DNA of 64,000 nucleotides, from sequence record NC_105825.1; one strand, 5' to 3'. The position numbers and the translations under genes were made by a program. The notes under the pieces are model-generated. The model saw only the letters and a list, made by a program, of their open reading frames with translations. It had not been told where the DNA came from and searched no databases. Source of the stretch: Escherichia phage ECOP18. Shown here piece after piece: positions 39,588 through 49,683 of this stretch (position 1 is the stretch's first letter; the number at the start of each line of letters is the position of its first letter).

Positions 39588-39930
39588 TCCAGTTAAGAAT
39601 CAGCACACGACTAGGAACAATATCAGTGTTGTACCAGAAATCGTGAACCCATTGACGAGCATCCTCAAACTTACCAAATTTATACGCTTTCTTAAACAAT
39701 TCAAACCCAAAACAATCTGGTGTAAAGTCTACTTCACGATACTGAATTACTTTAGAACCAGTTAGGTCTTGGATCGCTGCATTAATTTCTGTATGCGAGA
39801 ATTTTGTTTCGTGAAACTTGTTAAAGAATCGGTAGTTGAAGCGTCCGTTCGTTTCGACAAACAACTGGATGAAGAGATCGTTAAATTGGTTATCAAACCA
39901 GTAATTCTGTAGTTGTTGTAGTGCTGTCAT
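39469..39930 (-). CDS. hypothetical protein (153 aa)
   Basis: ORF track. Confidence 0.4.
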   Translation of the reverse strand: MTALQQLQNYWFDNQFNDLFIQLFVETNGRFNYRFFNKFHETKFSHTEINAAIQDLTGSKVIQYREVDFTPDCFGFELFKKAYKFGKFEDARQWVHDFWYNTDIVPSRVLILNWIAKQHPPKTQSSFLPTDTGNLYHDRKEKSLAGADEGMGE

Positions 39931-40127
39931 TTACGAACTCCGTTAATCGCCATAATGATGCCTTCGTACATAAAAGGAAGTAACCCAGAAGTATAGAATA
40001 TATTTTCCGTTATTCCTAAATGTCTAAAAAGTATATTAAATAATGCTGTTAGAAACACAACCTGAGGCAGTAGTACAAAATACTCAGTTACGATCTTTGG
40101 TGCCTGATAAACAAGACGTTTTATCAT
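39927..40127 (-). CDS. small membrane protein (66 aa)
   Basis: Hydrophobic. Confidence 0.35.
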   Translation of the reverse strand: MIKRLVYQAPKIVTEYFVLLPQVVFLTALFNILFRHLGITENIFYTSGLLPFMYEGIIMAINGVRK

Positions 40128-40226
40128 TGTTTTTAAGTCTCCTTATTACTTTGGCCTGCTCCACAATAATGAAAACTGCGAGCACTAATAGTGCTATTAG
40201 CCCCGCAGTAACTGGTACTAAATCAA

Positions 40227-40553
40227 TCATGGGAGACGCCATACGTAATTAGCTGTCTGTAGGATCTTAGGTGTGTCATTATGATACATTACTACAGACT
40301 TTGGTGAGTAGCTATCAGCTAGTTCTTTACGAATCATTTCACACTCTTCACCAGTATCAATATTTTTAACTATCACTTTCATATTAAGTGGTGTTAATAC
40401 AGAAAGTGGTTTCCAAGAGTCCTCAATTTCAATTCCTACCTTTTTCTCAATTATCCTGATAACTTCTAATGTATCATCCGGAATACTTATATTATTATTC
40501 ACAAACTGTAATATCTCATGTAAGGTATTTAATTCATTAAAATTAAGCTTCAT
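40227..40553 (-). CDS. hypothetical protein (108 aa)
   Basis: ORF track. Confidence 0.4.
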   Translation of the reverse strand: MKLNFNELNTLHEILQFVNNNISIPDDTLEVIRIIEKKVGIEIEDSWKPLSVLTPLNMKVIVKNIDTGEECEMIRKELADSYSPKSVVMYHNDTPKILQTANYVWRLP

Positions 40554-40788
40554 CTTTAAGAATGTCCTCTACCATATCACAAGACTGTTGCAATTCATCA
40601 GCAATACGTTTAATATCGGTTTTTGTTACTTTACCAACTAACATCACCAGTAGCATAGAAAAGATAATAAGTGGAACTGGAATAACAAATAAAGCTACCT
40701 TAACAACATTCTTTGGTGCCCATGTGTGGTACTTGGTAACCAGTACACCAACCACAATCAAATAAAACGCTAGAATAAACATTATCAT
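40543..40788 (-). CDS. membrane protein (81 aa)
   Basis: Two TM helices. Confidence 0.35.
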   Translation of the reverse strand: MIMFILAFYLIVVGVLVTKYHTWAPKNVVKVALFVIPVPLIIFSMLLVMLVGKVTKTDIKRIADELQQSCDMVEDILKDEA

Positions 40789-41066
40789 TTTTTAATCTCC
40801 GTAATTATCTGAGCACGCATCACTTTATTAGGTAATTTTGTATTCCCAGCTATTGCTTCAATATTGTTTAGTTTTTCTTTTAGAATATCTGAGCGTCTCT
40901 GTGCTAGTTCAATATCTTGTTCTTGCTCTAGCAAACGGTGGTGTAGTCCATCATTAGTAATAAGCATACTTTCCATGTTTTTTCGTGCGTTTACAACGCC
41001 AATAATTCCACCAATCGCTACTAGCGTAGTAAGAACCAGTAACCCAATAAGAATTTCTGTAATCAT
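40785..41066 (-). CDS. membrane protein (93 aa)
   Basis: TM helix then coiled coil. Confidence 0.35.
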   Translation of the reverse strand: MITEILIGLLVLTTLVAIGGIIGVVNARKNMESMLITNDGLHHRLLEQEQDIELAQRRSDILKEKLNNIEAIAGNTKLPNKVMRAQIITEIKK

Positions 41067-41184
41067 TTATTTAATTCCTCTAAAGTAGGTAAGGGTTTTG
41101 TATGATCAAAAGTTTCTATAACAGCGTTAGACCCATGTAGTTCTAAACGTAGTTCATTAGCTCTTTGAACTGCCAACTCTAAAT

Positions 41185-41598
41185 CTAAATACCTAAAGTA
41201 GCCTCCGTGTATTGTAATACTTTCGGCGCTTCTGACCTGGACTCTCCATTGTTGTCGATCTTTTTCCAGGTAACTCCTAAGTACCCCGAATTAGATTGAG
41301 CGATTTTGCTGCGATTATTTTCTTGGGACGTACAATCTTTTAAATTACACCATCTATTATCGTTTCTTATATTATTTAAGTGGTGTACTAGATTTGGAAT
41401 ATATCCCTCCATGTACAAAAAGGCTAATCTATGGGCTGCATATCTTTTTCTACTTATCCCAATAAATATATAGCCATCCTTATCAGGACTACCGGCAATA
41501 CTACCTGCTTTACCCCGCCCTCTACTGACTTTCCTTATAAACACGCCCGTTTCCGGGTGGTATTCAAATAGCTCTTTTAATTTTTCTTGTGTTAGCAT
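41185..41598 (-). CDS. HNH homing endonuclease (137 aa)
   Basis: HRLAF...VHHLNNIRNDNRWCNL...ENN motif block. Confidence 0.6.
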   Translation of the reverse strand: MLTQEKLKELFEYHPETGVFIRKVSRGRGKAGSIAGSPDKDGYIFIGISRKRYAAHRLAFLYMEGYIPNLVHHLNNIRNDNRWCNLKDCTSQENNRSKIAQSNSGYLGVTWKKIDNNGESRSEAPKVLQYTEATLGI

Positions 41599-41888
41599 TT
41601 TTTCTTTAATTGCTTGACTTCACGCTCAAAGCTAGCTGCTCGGCGTTCTGCCACTGCTTGATGCTCCTTAGCAAAGCGTGCCTCTTGTTTTGCTAAGTTA
41701 AAGGCCATAGCGTTCTTGTTAAGAGAATCGTACATCTTCTTCATCGCCGGAATAGACATTTTCATCAGTTGCCCCTCAAATCCTTGCATGTCGAGAAGAA
41801 TTGCTAATACATTGGCCATTTCAGTCTTGGTAAGGTTAGAGGCGTCGAAGTCTTTAGTCATGTTTTCCATTAGAATTTCCTCTCTCAT
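41592..41888 (-). CDS. hypothetical protein (98 aa)
   Basis: ORF track. Confidence 0.4.
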   Translation of the reverse strand: MREEILMENMTKDFDASNLTKTEMANVLAILLDMQGFEGQLMKMSIPAMKKMYDSLNKNAMAFNLAKQEARFAKEHQAVAERRAASFEREVKQLKKKC

Positions 41889-41902
41889 TAATTTATGAAC
41901 TT

Positions 41903-41931
41903 ATTATACAGAATTTTAAGGCTTAAAGCAA
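41903..41931 (-). promoter_or_regulatory. early sigma70-type promoter (-35 TTGCTT, 17-bp spacer, -10 TATAAT)
   Basis: Read on minus strand; A/T-rich upstream tract; conserved downstream box. Confidence 0.6.
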
Positions 41932-41948
41932 CTGAATTTTTTAATTAC

Positions 41949-42380
41949 TTACCAATCGTTAACAACGCCGGAGAACTCAGAAGCAAAAACTTTTTCAAAT
42001 TTCTCTGCAATTTCAGGATGATCTTTGCAGATCAGCTCAATACAGGCTTCTGGAGTCATTCCTTCATCTTCAGGATCACCGTAATACTTGTCCCAAAGAT
42101 CATCAGGGATGATGTGCTCTGCCAAATCTTGGAAAGAGATTAGCTGATAACGTTCTGCTTCCTCAGGGAGGAGGATTTCACAAAGATCTTTATCTATGTC
42201 ACTACGGTAATCAGCAATTAGCAGGGCATTGCAAGCATGACACTCCCAAACCATCAAGCGCTCAGAAATAGGATTAGACTTATCCTGAACGTAGGACTGA
42301 AACAGGGTTCGGAAAGTAGCTTTAACTTGTTCAAACTTATCTGCTGCTGCAAAAACTAGAGCTTTATCAACTTTGTTCAT
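41949..42380 (-). CDS. hypothetical acidic protein (143 aa)
   Basis: ORF track. Confidence 0.4.
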   Translation of the reverse strand: MNKVDKALVFAAADKFEQVKATFRTLFQSYVQDKSNPISERLMVWECHACNALLIADYRSDIDKDLCEILLPEEAERYQLISFQDLAEHIIPDDLWDKYYGDPEDEGMTPEACIELICKDHPEIAEKFEKVFASEFSGVVNDW

Positions 42381-42539
42381 TTTTATTCCTTCTCATCAAT
42401 TTATAAAGTAATTATACAGAAACTTAGGCATTTTAGCAAATAAAACTTTTAATTAAAATGCCTAGTCCTGTGCCAATAGCAATACAAATGATTATAAGTA
42501 TTGCTACTGTTTGTATTACTCGTTTAATAATACCCATGA

Positions 42540-43061
42540 TTAGACATTTAACATCCAACTAGTTTTATCATGAGAAGTATATGTACCACTCATTATGTCT
42601 TCCAGCCGTACTGGTGATTTTGCATACTCAACGCAAACGTTAATATAACGAGGGTCTCCCATTAACTCAAAGTGAGTATGCCCGTGTAAGTTCTTCTTGC
42701 CCCTTAACTCTTCTGGATGTACTGGAGCATGGGAAAGCCAAAAGTTTTTATACTTAACTAGGGATTGTACATTATCTACTACTCCTACTAAGTCTTTGAA
42801 AGATAATCCTTCTCGCTCTAAGTCGTGGTTCCCCAAAACTAATGTAGTTCTAACATTGCTAAAGAGTTTTTCGAACTTCTCCAAACCATTTCTAGATACA
42901 AATGCATCTCCTAAAATATAAAATACTGTACGCTTATCTTTCATGGATGTAATAGTATCCATAATAAATTCATCATGCTCTTCCATAGTAGAGAAGATTG
43001 GTCTGAATTTAGTAATATTTGCATGTCCTAAGTGGAGATCACTCCAAAAGCAAACTTTCAT
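42540..43061 (-). CDS. calcineurin-like metallophosphoesterase (173 aa)
   Basis: DLHLGH and GNHD motifs. Confidence 0.5.
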   Translation of the reverse strand: MKVCFWSDLHLGHANITKFRPIFSTMEEHDEFIMDTITSMKDKRTVFYILGDAFVSRNGLEKFEKLFSNVRTTLVLGNHDLEREGLSFKDLVGVVDNVQSLVKYKNFWLSHAPVHPEELRGKKNLHGHTHFELMGDPRYINVCVEYAKSPVRLEDIMSGTYTSHDKTSWMLNV

Positions 43062-43936
43062 TAAAGAATCCTCTGTATGCCACAGCTATCTTCTCGAAGC
43101 GTGGTAAATGTTGTGATTTTCCCCGTTTCATCATTAACTTGCGCAACTGTCAACTGCCCGTTGAAAACACCGCCAGTATCAAGATAAACACGATTCTGGT
43201 ATAAAATAGGGTAAGGTACTCCAGTATGCCCGTGAAACACAAAGTCTACCCCACTAACTGGAGGTACTTCTATCCTGTATTTTTCTTTAAATCCTGCATA
43301 ACGCTGGAAATACGAGTGTTCCTCACCCTTTTTGGACAAATGGAAGCCTATTTCTTGGATTACATCTCGATCCCATAAGTATGGTTCAACATGGTATCCA
43401 GGATGGTCGTGTGGGTCTTCCTTAGCTGCTTCTACTTGTGCAATAAGATTATCCCATACTGGGGTTTCTACTTCATTACCACATTCTTTGTACGTAAAAG
43501 GTACACCACCATGAACAACACCAAACTTCTTACCACGATGTCTAACAGTTAGGAATACTGGCATTTTTTCAGCCATATCTTCGGCAATATTTTTAATGGT
43601 ATCCTCGTCTAGCTCATTCATAGCCCACATACCGCCATTATACATCCAGTTAGCCCAATCTCCTACAATCATAAATTGGTCATGATTACCACGAACGCTA
43701 CAGAAACGTGGATTATATAGGAATTTGGCTAGAACTTGTAGGTTCTGCGTGCCCCGATCAATTAAATCCCCCACGCATACAACGCAATCTTTCTTGCCGT
43801 TATAGCCAGCTAACTGTAGTGCATCTTCTAGTAAATCGTTGCATCCATGAATATCACCAACAAAGAATAAGTTAACATCATCAGGTACTACTAGTGTTTT
43901 ATGCACATTAAATTCTTTTTTCATAATTATTCCCAA
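43061..43936 (-). CDS. Ser/Thr protein phosphatase-like, PPP family (291 aa)
   Basis: GDIHG, GDLIDRG and GNHD motifs. Confidence 0.6.
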   Translation of the reverse strand: MGIIMKKEFNVHKTLVVPDDVNLFFVGDIHGCNDLLEDALQLAGYNGKKDCVVCVGDLIDRGTQNLQVLAKFLYNPRFCSVRGNHDQFMIVGDWANWMYNGGMWAMNELDEDTIKNIAEDMAEKMPVFLTVRHRGKKFGVVHGGVPFTYKECGNEVETPVWDNLIAQVEAAKEDPHDHPGYHVEPYLWDRDVIQEIGFHLSKKGEEHSYFQRYAGFKEKYRIEVPPVSGVDFVFHGHTGVPYPILYQNRVYLDTGGVFNGQLTVAQVNDETGKITTFTTLREDSCGIQRIL

Positions 43937-44172
43937 ATAACATTTAAAATAGTTGTACCATAATTATTTGATAGTTTTAGAGTATAACCATCTTTATAGA
44001 GGGCTTTTATAGCTTCATAACTAATTTCATCACGATTAAATTGTATAAAAGAACCCCCAGCCTCTACAGAAGCTAGAATCCGTCTTTTAACGTATCTATA
44101 CGGCTTCTTTCTGCTCTTGAGAAGAGCAGCTCTATTAACTCTAGCTAAACGTTTTGCTTGCTCTGCTAACAT
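43927..44172 (-). CDS. hypothetical protein (81 aa)
   Basis: ORF track. Confidence 0.4.
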   Translation of the reverse strand: MLAEQAKRLARVNRAALLKSRKKPYRYVKRRILASVEAGGSFIQFNRDEISYEAIKALYKDGYTLKLSNNYGTTILNVIWE

Positions 44173-44269
44173 TTAATCCTCCTATCAATCTATATAAATA
44201 TTATACCAAAATTTTTAGCAAAAAGCAAGTAAAATAAAAGCCTGATCAGCTAAGATCATGCTTTGTTTA

Positions 44270-44560
44270 TTAGTCCTCTGGATTATCATCCAGGAAATTT
44301 TTAATAGCTTCGTGCATAGTTTCTTTACGAAGCTGACGTCCAATCAGAATATGATTAGCTTCTACTCGACCATTAGGTAAGCGATCCGCCAGAACTACTA
44401 CAGGAACTTGGCGTACTCCAAATTTCTGCATTAATTCTGTATTATCAGTCTCTTTATGGACTTCCAAATTATATTCATTGACTACTTTATCAAATACTGG
44501 CTCAAACATTTTGCAAGGATTGCAAGTAGAACCTTTCAATAGATATACTAATTTACTCAT
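44270..44560 (-). CDS. glutaredoxin/thioredoxin-like protein (96 aa)
   Basis: CNPC active-site-like motif near N-terminus. Confidence 0.4.
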   Translation of the reverse strand: MSKLVYLLKGSTCNPCKMFEPVFDKVVNEYNLEVHKETDNTELMQKFGVRQVPVVVLADRLPNGRVEANHILIGRQLRKETMHEAIKNFLDDNPED

Positions 44561-44984
44561 AGTTATTAATGGCCTCTAAGAAGTTTTTCATAGTTTTTAC
44601 GGTTGCGGTGCTCAGATCAAGACTTACACCCAAACACTCGGTTAGTGCTTCCTGATAAGGAGCCTTTAATCTGCCTTCTGGGACTTCTACCTTCTTATAT
44701 TCTTTATTTTTGACCTTTTTAATCATAGTCTCTAGTACAAGAAGCGGTAATTTAGCACCTTCAATATCAGTACCCAAAAGTTCAGTTAAAATTTTATTAA
44801 GATCAAGACGAGTTAACTTTTTGCCCTTAGACATAGATGCACCTACCTTTGTATCAATAGATTTTTCCGCTTTCTTTTCGAGCTTTTTGTACTCAGGAGA
44901 GTCATGATTACGGAGTGCAATGTTTAGCTCGTAATGTGGTATACGAAAATGTTCCGCCATTTGAGTATAGAAACGATCAGACAT
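44553..44984 (-). CDS. hypothetical protein (143 aa)
   Basis: ORF track. Confidence 0.4.
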   Translation of the reverse strand: MSDRFYTQMAEHFRIPHYELNIALRNHDSPEYKKLEKKAEKSIDTKVGASMSKGKKLTRLDLNKILTELLGTDIEGAKLPLLVLETMIKKVKNKEYKKVEVPEGRLKAPYQEALTECLGVSLDLSTATVKTMKNFLEAINNYE

Positions 44985-45059
44985 AATATATACCTCTCTT
45001 AACTAATTTATGTATATATTATATAATAACTAGGGCTAAAAGTCAACTACTTTTTTATC

Positions 45060-45476
45060 TTAATTTACTGCATGTATAAATCTTTTCCTAACTAGATACA
45101 TAGTTATTGGGTAAATTGAGTACATAAGTATCGGGGAGAAAAGGGTGAAATACGCTGTAACTCCCCCAGCTAACATCAAAGGTATTAATGCTAGAGTAAG
45201 GGCCATAAGAATCATACCGAATGAAACAGCCAAAGCTATGGATATAGGATTCTCTAGTTCCATCCATAACCAACAATATTTCGTATCTCTATGGCAATTG
45301 CATTTACAAACGCCGAATGAACCCATAATTATATACTCTAGTCCGTGAATAACCTTTATTAATAAGCTATTTCGGGTAGTTAATGCAATGATAGTAAAGA
45401 CTATCATTAAAACGAATACTACTAGACTTATTTTCCAGATACCTAGCAGCATCATAGTGAATAGTTCTGCAAACAT
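45060..45476 (-). CDS. membrane protein (138 aa)
   Basis: Multiple hydrophobic helices. Confidence 0.4.
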   Translation of the reverse strand: MFAELFTMMLLGIWKISLVVFVLMIVFTIIALTTRNSLLIKVIHGLEYIIMGSFGVCKCNCHRDTKYCWLWMELENPISIALAVSFGMILMALTLALIPLMLAGGVTAYFTLFSPILMYSIYPITMYLVRKRFIHAVN

Positions 45477-45553
45477 GGCTTTCTCCTATCTTCAAAAATT
45501 ATTAAAGCCCCCTTTGCCTAAAAAGGCGGGAATATTCCCGCCTCAGTTATTAA

Positions 45554-45967
45554 TTAAACTAGTTCGACATGACCGCCATCATAGGTACCACGTTTTATTT
45601 CATCGTGATAATCTCCTGAAGCATTCCAATCGGCACCAAAACGAAGTTTAATGCCTAGTTCTTTACCAGCTTGTTCAAAAGCCTTTTTAACTGCCCAAAA
45701 TGCTTCTAGGTCATTCCAATCAATCTTGCCATTAATGTATGGAGCAAAATCAAGAGCATCTCCAGTAATATGCTTGCTTTTACTAGGATCTTTTAAAAAT
45801 GAAGTACCATTAGCAATATTCTGGGCACTTTGTGCTACTGTACGAATACCCTGTACGATCGTGAAATCATATGGAGATAATTCTAAAGCTCTACGAGCTA
45901 CTTTTTGTAGCTCTGGCTTAACGGTAGCTAATTGTTTTTCGCTATTTTTACCAAATTTAAAACTCAT
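45554..45967 (-). CDS. endolysin, M15-type L-alanyl-D-glutamate peptidase-like (137 aa)
   Basis: His/Asp metal-ligand pattern (H...D...H) and size as T5 endolysin (from memory). Confidence 0.55.
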   Translation of the reverse strand: MSFKFGKNSEKQLATVKPELQKVARRALELSPYDFTIVQGIRTVAQSAQNIANGTSFLKDPSKSKHITGDALDFAPYINGKIDWNDLEAFWAVKKAFEQAGKELGIKLRFGADWNASGDYHDEIKRGTYDGGHVELV

Positions 45968-46620
45968 ATTGATCTACCTAAAGATCTCTGTTGTGGGGAA
46001 CAGAGCTTTGTTAAATACTCGTTAAATTTCTCAGAATCGGCTGCATCTACAGGATTATCTTTCCAAGCAATACCAATATATCCAGCATAGATATTGTTTA
46101 GATTGAAATACGGACAAGTGTATATGTAATTAAAAGTAACGTTCTTAAACGCAGGTATATTTAACCCCATGTATTTATTTACTTTTACACTTAAATCCGA
46201 CGCGTAGTTAAAGCCGTCTAAGTGACGTCTATATAGCTCAGACGTCTTATTTACCGCTTTATCGGCCAAGTCAGCCCTATCTAATTGCGCATTGCTTTCC
46301 CATGCAATAATGTTAGAATAATCATTAATGGCATCGGGTTTATACTTGACTACAAAAACAGCATCCGCACCCGTTTGGGAAAAAAGCACCATGCTCTTTT
46401 CTCTAGCTACGTTAGGAAAATTACTTATCCTTTGAGTTTGAACATCCTGTAGAACCGCAGACGTGGAGAAAGTCTTTAAGAATGACATCACCTCACTAGT
46501 ATTACTAACAAATAAGAAAATAATGACAGCAACTAAGATAGTTAGCAGACGTTTAAGAAGCGATGCTGGATCTTTCGCTTCTTGGAGCAGTACCGTTAAT
46601 AATTGTAAGAACTTTTCCAA
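45964..46620 (-). CDS. holin-like membrane protein (218 aa)
   Basis: Directly upstream of endolysin; N-terminal TM helix. Confidence 0.45.
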   Translation of the reverse strand: MEKFLQLLTVLLQEAKDPASLLKRLLTILVAVIIFLFVSNTSEVMSFLKTFSTSAVLQDVQTQRISNFPNVAREKSMVLFSQTGADAVFVVKYKPDAINDYSNIIAWESNAQLDRADLADKAVNKTSELYRRHLDGFNYASDLSVKVNKYMGLNIPAFKNVTFNYIYTCPYFNLNNIYAGYIGIAWKDNPVDAADSEKFNEYLTKLCSPQQRSLGRSI

Positions 46621-46732
46621 TTGTAACCTCCTCTAACCAGTACCATTATACTAATTTTGGAGGAAAATTACAATGTGTTTTTAAAGATTTTCTTTGGAGC
46701 ACAAAATTTTGTCGTTGTCAAGAAGAATTTTA

Positions 46733-46766
46733 GATAAAAGAAAAGCCAGGGTCGTTAAACCCTGGC
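46733..46766 (-). terminator. rho-independent terminator
   Basis: agccaggg...ccctggct hairpin followed by U-run on minus strand. Confidence 0.5.
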
Positions 46767-46776
46767 TTAAAACTAC

Positions 46777-47376
46777 TTACTCTTCTTTATGCTCCTCTGA
46801 TTGAGGTAACTGGGCTTTATTATACTGCTCAGATCGATATTTTGCCAAGATTTCAATACGCTTATGGATTTCTTTGCTATCTAGATAGATATTTTTGTTG
46901 TATTTTACCATCTCGTCGATTTCGTCTATTGAGAAGAACGGATAGTAGACATCTAGCATCATATCTTCTACTAACTTGTTGTAAGATTCATAGGCTTTCT
47001 TGATTTCTTGACCCTTCTCACAGAATCCGCCAGAGAACGTGTGTCCCATTAGCGTAGCATGTGGATGTACTACCCATCCATGACAGGATAGGAAAATTGT
47101 ACAGTAAGCAGAAGCACTAGGACCAACCAGATGCCCTATAACTGTTCCACGGCAATTAGCAATTAAGTTAGATAACTGTGCAGCAGTATCAACATAACCA
47201 CCTGGGCCATTAATCATCAGATTAATTTCGTCGTCCTCATTTGCCTGCATAAGTACCATTGATAAATCACGGTATTCATCCGGCGGGCCTAATTCTTCAT
47301 CAAAGAAAAAGGTATACTCATTAGATTGGCGAATGGAGTGAAACAGGTTAGTCTTTTCTTCTTTTTTATTAGTCAT
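46777..47376 (-). CDS. ClpP-like serine protease (199 aa)
   Basis: Weak resemblance to Clp protease fold (GPGG, Ser/His context). Confidence 0.35.
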   Translation of the reverse strand: MTNKKEEKTNLFHSIRQSNEYTFFFDEELGPPDEYRDLSMVLMQANEDDEINLMINGPGGYVDTAAQLSNLIANCRGTVIGHLVGPSASAYCTIFLSCHGWVVHPHATLMGHTFSGGFCEKGQEIKKAYESYNKLVEDMMLDVYYPFFSIDEIDEMVKYNKNIYLDSKEIHKRIEILAKYRSEQYNKAQLPQSEEHKEE

Positions 47377-47388
47377 AGCGATCCTTGA

Positions 47389-48141
47389 TTATCCAACTAG
47401 TGGTTCTAGCTCTAAGTCACAGAAGTTATAAACTTCTAGTTTAAGGTTATTGATACCATCGAATTTATTAACTAATTCGTGAGTAATATATTTTGCAGGA
47501 ATACCACTTTCAGATGGATGATCTGATTTAATAGTGAACTTCTGCTCAGCGGGTACTACATTTACTATCAAAGAATCCATATCTAAATGGTTTGTTTCTC
47601 TGAGTAACTCTCCTTCATTGGGGAATCTAACATCTGTTATTACGGCGACATCTGGGTCGTCTTTAAAGATGGATTGCTCCAGAATTATGAGCCAAATGCG
47701 TTCATGCACCAGCTGCCTTCCTAGCTCTGTCCCTACGAGCTGTAACATTTTTCTCGGAGAAATAAATAAACTATAAAGTCCGTCTTCTTTATTCTCTGAG
47801 ATAAGTTGTTGAGGATTAAGATATTTTTCCTCAAAAATAGGCCAAACGTACGAGAAGTCTTCAAACTTATCGATACCGTACTTAAACCACACATCTCTGG
47901 CTCGCTCCAATTGAGATTGTGTGACCGTAAACCATTGGTCAATCTCTTTTCCTCTGCGCTCTCCTAGAAACTCTGGAGTTACACCGAGGATTACGGATGC
48001 AAGTTCATAAACAGGCTTAGCAAAACTATAACGACGGGATAAACACGTTGGATACGTGTCATTACACCAATCGATAATTAATTTTGCAACGGTATCTTTT
48101 CCCGAACCAGCTTCACCATGTAAACCAACTAATACTGACAT
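47389..48141 (-). CDS. deoxynucleoside monophosphate kinase-like P-loop protein (250 aa)
   Basis: Walker A GEAGSGKDT. Confidence 0.5.
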   Translation of the reverse strand: MSVLVGLHGEAGSGKDTVAKLIIDWCNDTYPTCLSRRYSFAKPVYELASVILGVTPEFLGERRGKEIDQWFTVTQSQLERARDVWFKYGIDKFEDFSYVWPIFEEKYLNPQQLISENKEDGLYSLFISPRKMLQLVGTELGRQLVHERIWLIILEQSIFKDDPDVAVITDVRFPNEGELLRETNHLDMDSLIVNVVPAEQKFTIKSDHPSESGIPAKYITHELVNKFDGINNLKLEVYNFCDLELEPLVG

Positions 48142-48494
48142 TAATCTTTCCTATTGTTAATTGGTGGATAGTAAACTAAGCAACGTTTTTCTTGTAAATC
48201 TTGGCGATAGAAGCAAACCATACCAGTCAGTCGTGAGATATATGAATATTCTGCCTCGCGGCATTTTGCCAACATATTCCAATCTTTATATGGTACAACA
48301 ACTACTACGCCATCTTCGCCATTTGTAGCTAATTTCTTTTCGAATTTGAAATCAAAGCTACAAGGCTGAAGTCCTTTAGGCCAGTCTACATGAGCTTGCT
48401 TTAACTCATGAGATGACTCTGGTTTTATTTCTTCTGCACAGCCTGTGATTGTGATTGCGGCTGCGAGCAGTATTCCAAGTTTCCAGTTAAACAC
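48141..48494 (-). CDS. outer-membrane lipoprotein, o-spanin candidate (117 aa)
   Basis: Signal peptide with lipobox ITGC; overlaps i-spanin candidate. Confidence 0.4.
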   Translation of the reverse strand: MFNWKLGILLAAAITITGCAEEIKPESSHELKQAHVDWPKGLQPCSFDFKFEKKLATNGEDGVVVVVPYKDWNMLAKCREAEYSYISRLTGMVCFYRQDLQEKRCLVYYPPINNRKD

Positions 48495-48874
48495 GCTAAT
48501 CTTTCCTCGAACTCTTTACTCTGCTTTTTAGCAATTAATGTTACCAATCCAGGCTTTGCAGCTATAATATCTTGGCGACTAAGAGCTTTATCTAACTGCT
48601 TAATCTTTTTGTCTAGATCTGCTTGCGAAATATTATTCATTGTGAAATACTGATTCATTCTAGTCTCACGAAGTTCACTTTCAGCTTTCACCTTATTAAG
48701 GGAAGCCTCTAGAGAAGAAATCTTTTTAGTAGCTACCGCAAGATCTCCCGCTAAAGTCTCCACTTTATCTACTAAGTGATAAGCACCGAATCCGATGCCT
48801 ATCGCTAGACCTGCTCCCAGGATATACCACTTACCGTGCCATATTCCTGAAAGAAGTTTTTGTATCAAATCCAT
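48425..48874 (-). CDS. i-spanin candidate (149 aa)
   Basis: N-terminal TM helix followed by coiled coil. Confidence 0.4.
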   Translation of the reverse strand: MDLIQKLLSGIWHGKWYILGAGLAIGIGFGAYHLVDKVETLAGDLAVATKKISSLEASLNKVKAESELRETRMNQYFTMNNISQADLDKKIKQLDKALSRQDIIAAKPGLVTLIAKKQSKEFEERLACLTGNLEYCSQPQSQSQAVQKK

Positions 48875-49529
48875 GCGCTGCTAACCTGTCTTTATCTGAT
48901 ACTTTAATCATATCAGGCTCACCAGTTCCTAGTACACCGAAGATATACTGTTCGAGAACTTGGTGTAAACGGTATAAGTTACTTTCAATTTCCTGCCACG
49001 GAATACCGGACTGATGGAAACGAATGTTAGTCTGAATTACGAAGTTACGAACATCATCGTTATCGTTCTTCTTAATACCTTTCACATATGCAATTGGTAC
49101 ACGCAGTTCGGATAAGATGCGTTCTGCTTTAGGTTTTGCTTCAGCGAGCAAATCACGCATTGTTTCACGAACATCTCCGAGACTCTTATCCATTAAGTAA
49201 GAGCGAGCATGTAATCCCATCTCTTCCATTTTATCGAACATAGAGTCGAGGTTGAACGTTTTGAAGCTAAATGCTGGATGCCAGCAGTATAGCTCGTGTA
49301 ACCAGTAAACTTCACCTGCAACAAATAGTGGGTTTACAAAATATTCGAAATCACCACGGAAAGATAGCGAACCATCACGAAATACCTGGCGACTATGCAC
49401 GATGTTCTTTTCTGCATCATCAGTTACTTTAACCAGTAACTCTTCAGTTTTACGCTCCCAAACACGATCTGGGTCGAACAAACTGTTCTGCAAATCATAC
49501 ACATCGGCGAACTTAGAAATAATCCTCAT
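48831..49529 (-). CDS. hypothetical protein (232 aa)
   Basis: ORF track. Confidence 0.45.
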   Translation of the reverse strand: MRIISKFADVYDLQNSLFDPDRVWERKTEELLVKVTDDAEKNIVHSRQVFRDGSLSFRGDFEYFVNPLFVAGEVYWLHELYCWHPAFSFKTFNLDSMFDKMEEMGLHARSYLMDKSLGDVRETMRDLLAEAKPKAERILSELRVPIAYVKGIKKNDNDDVRNFVIQTNIRFHQSGIPWQEIESNLYRLHQVLEQYIFGVLGTGEPDMIKVSDKDRLAAHGFDTKTSFRNMAR

Positions 49530-49560
49530 ATTTAATCCTCTTGCCTCAATCTATAAACAT

Positions 49561-49589
49561 ATTATACAAAAGTTTGGGCATCTAAGCAA
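49561..49589 (-). promoter_or_regulatory. early sigma70-type promoter (-35 TTGCTT, 17 bp, -10 TATAAT)
   Basis: Read on minus strand. Confidence 0.6.
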
Positions 49590-49683
49590 CTAAAATTTTA
49601 TTATAAAAATAGCCCAGTCGCAAAAGTGCAGGCTGGGCTTTGTCATTATTTGCTTTTGCTAGTAAGCTGACTTAGTGTCAATC

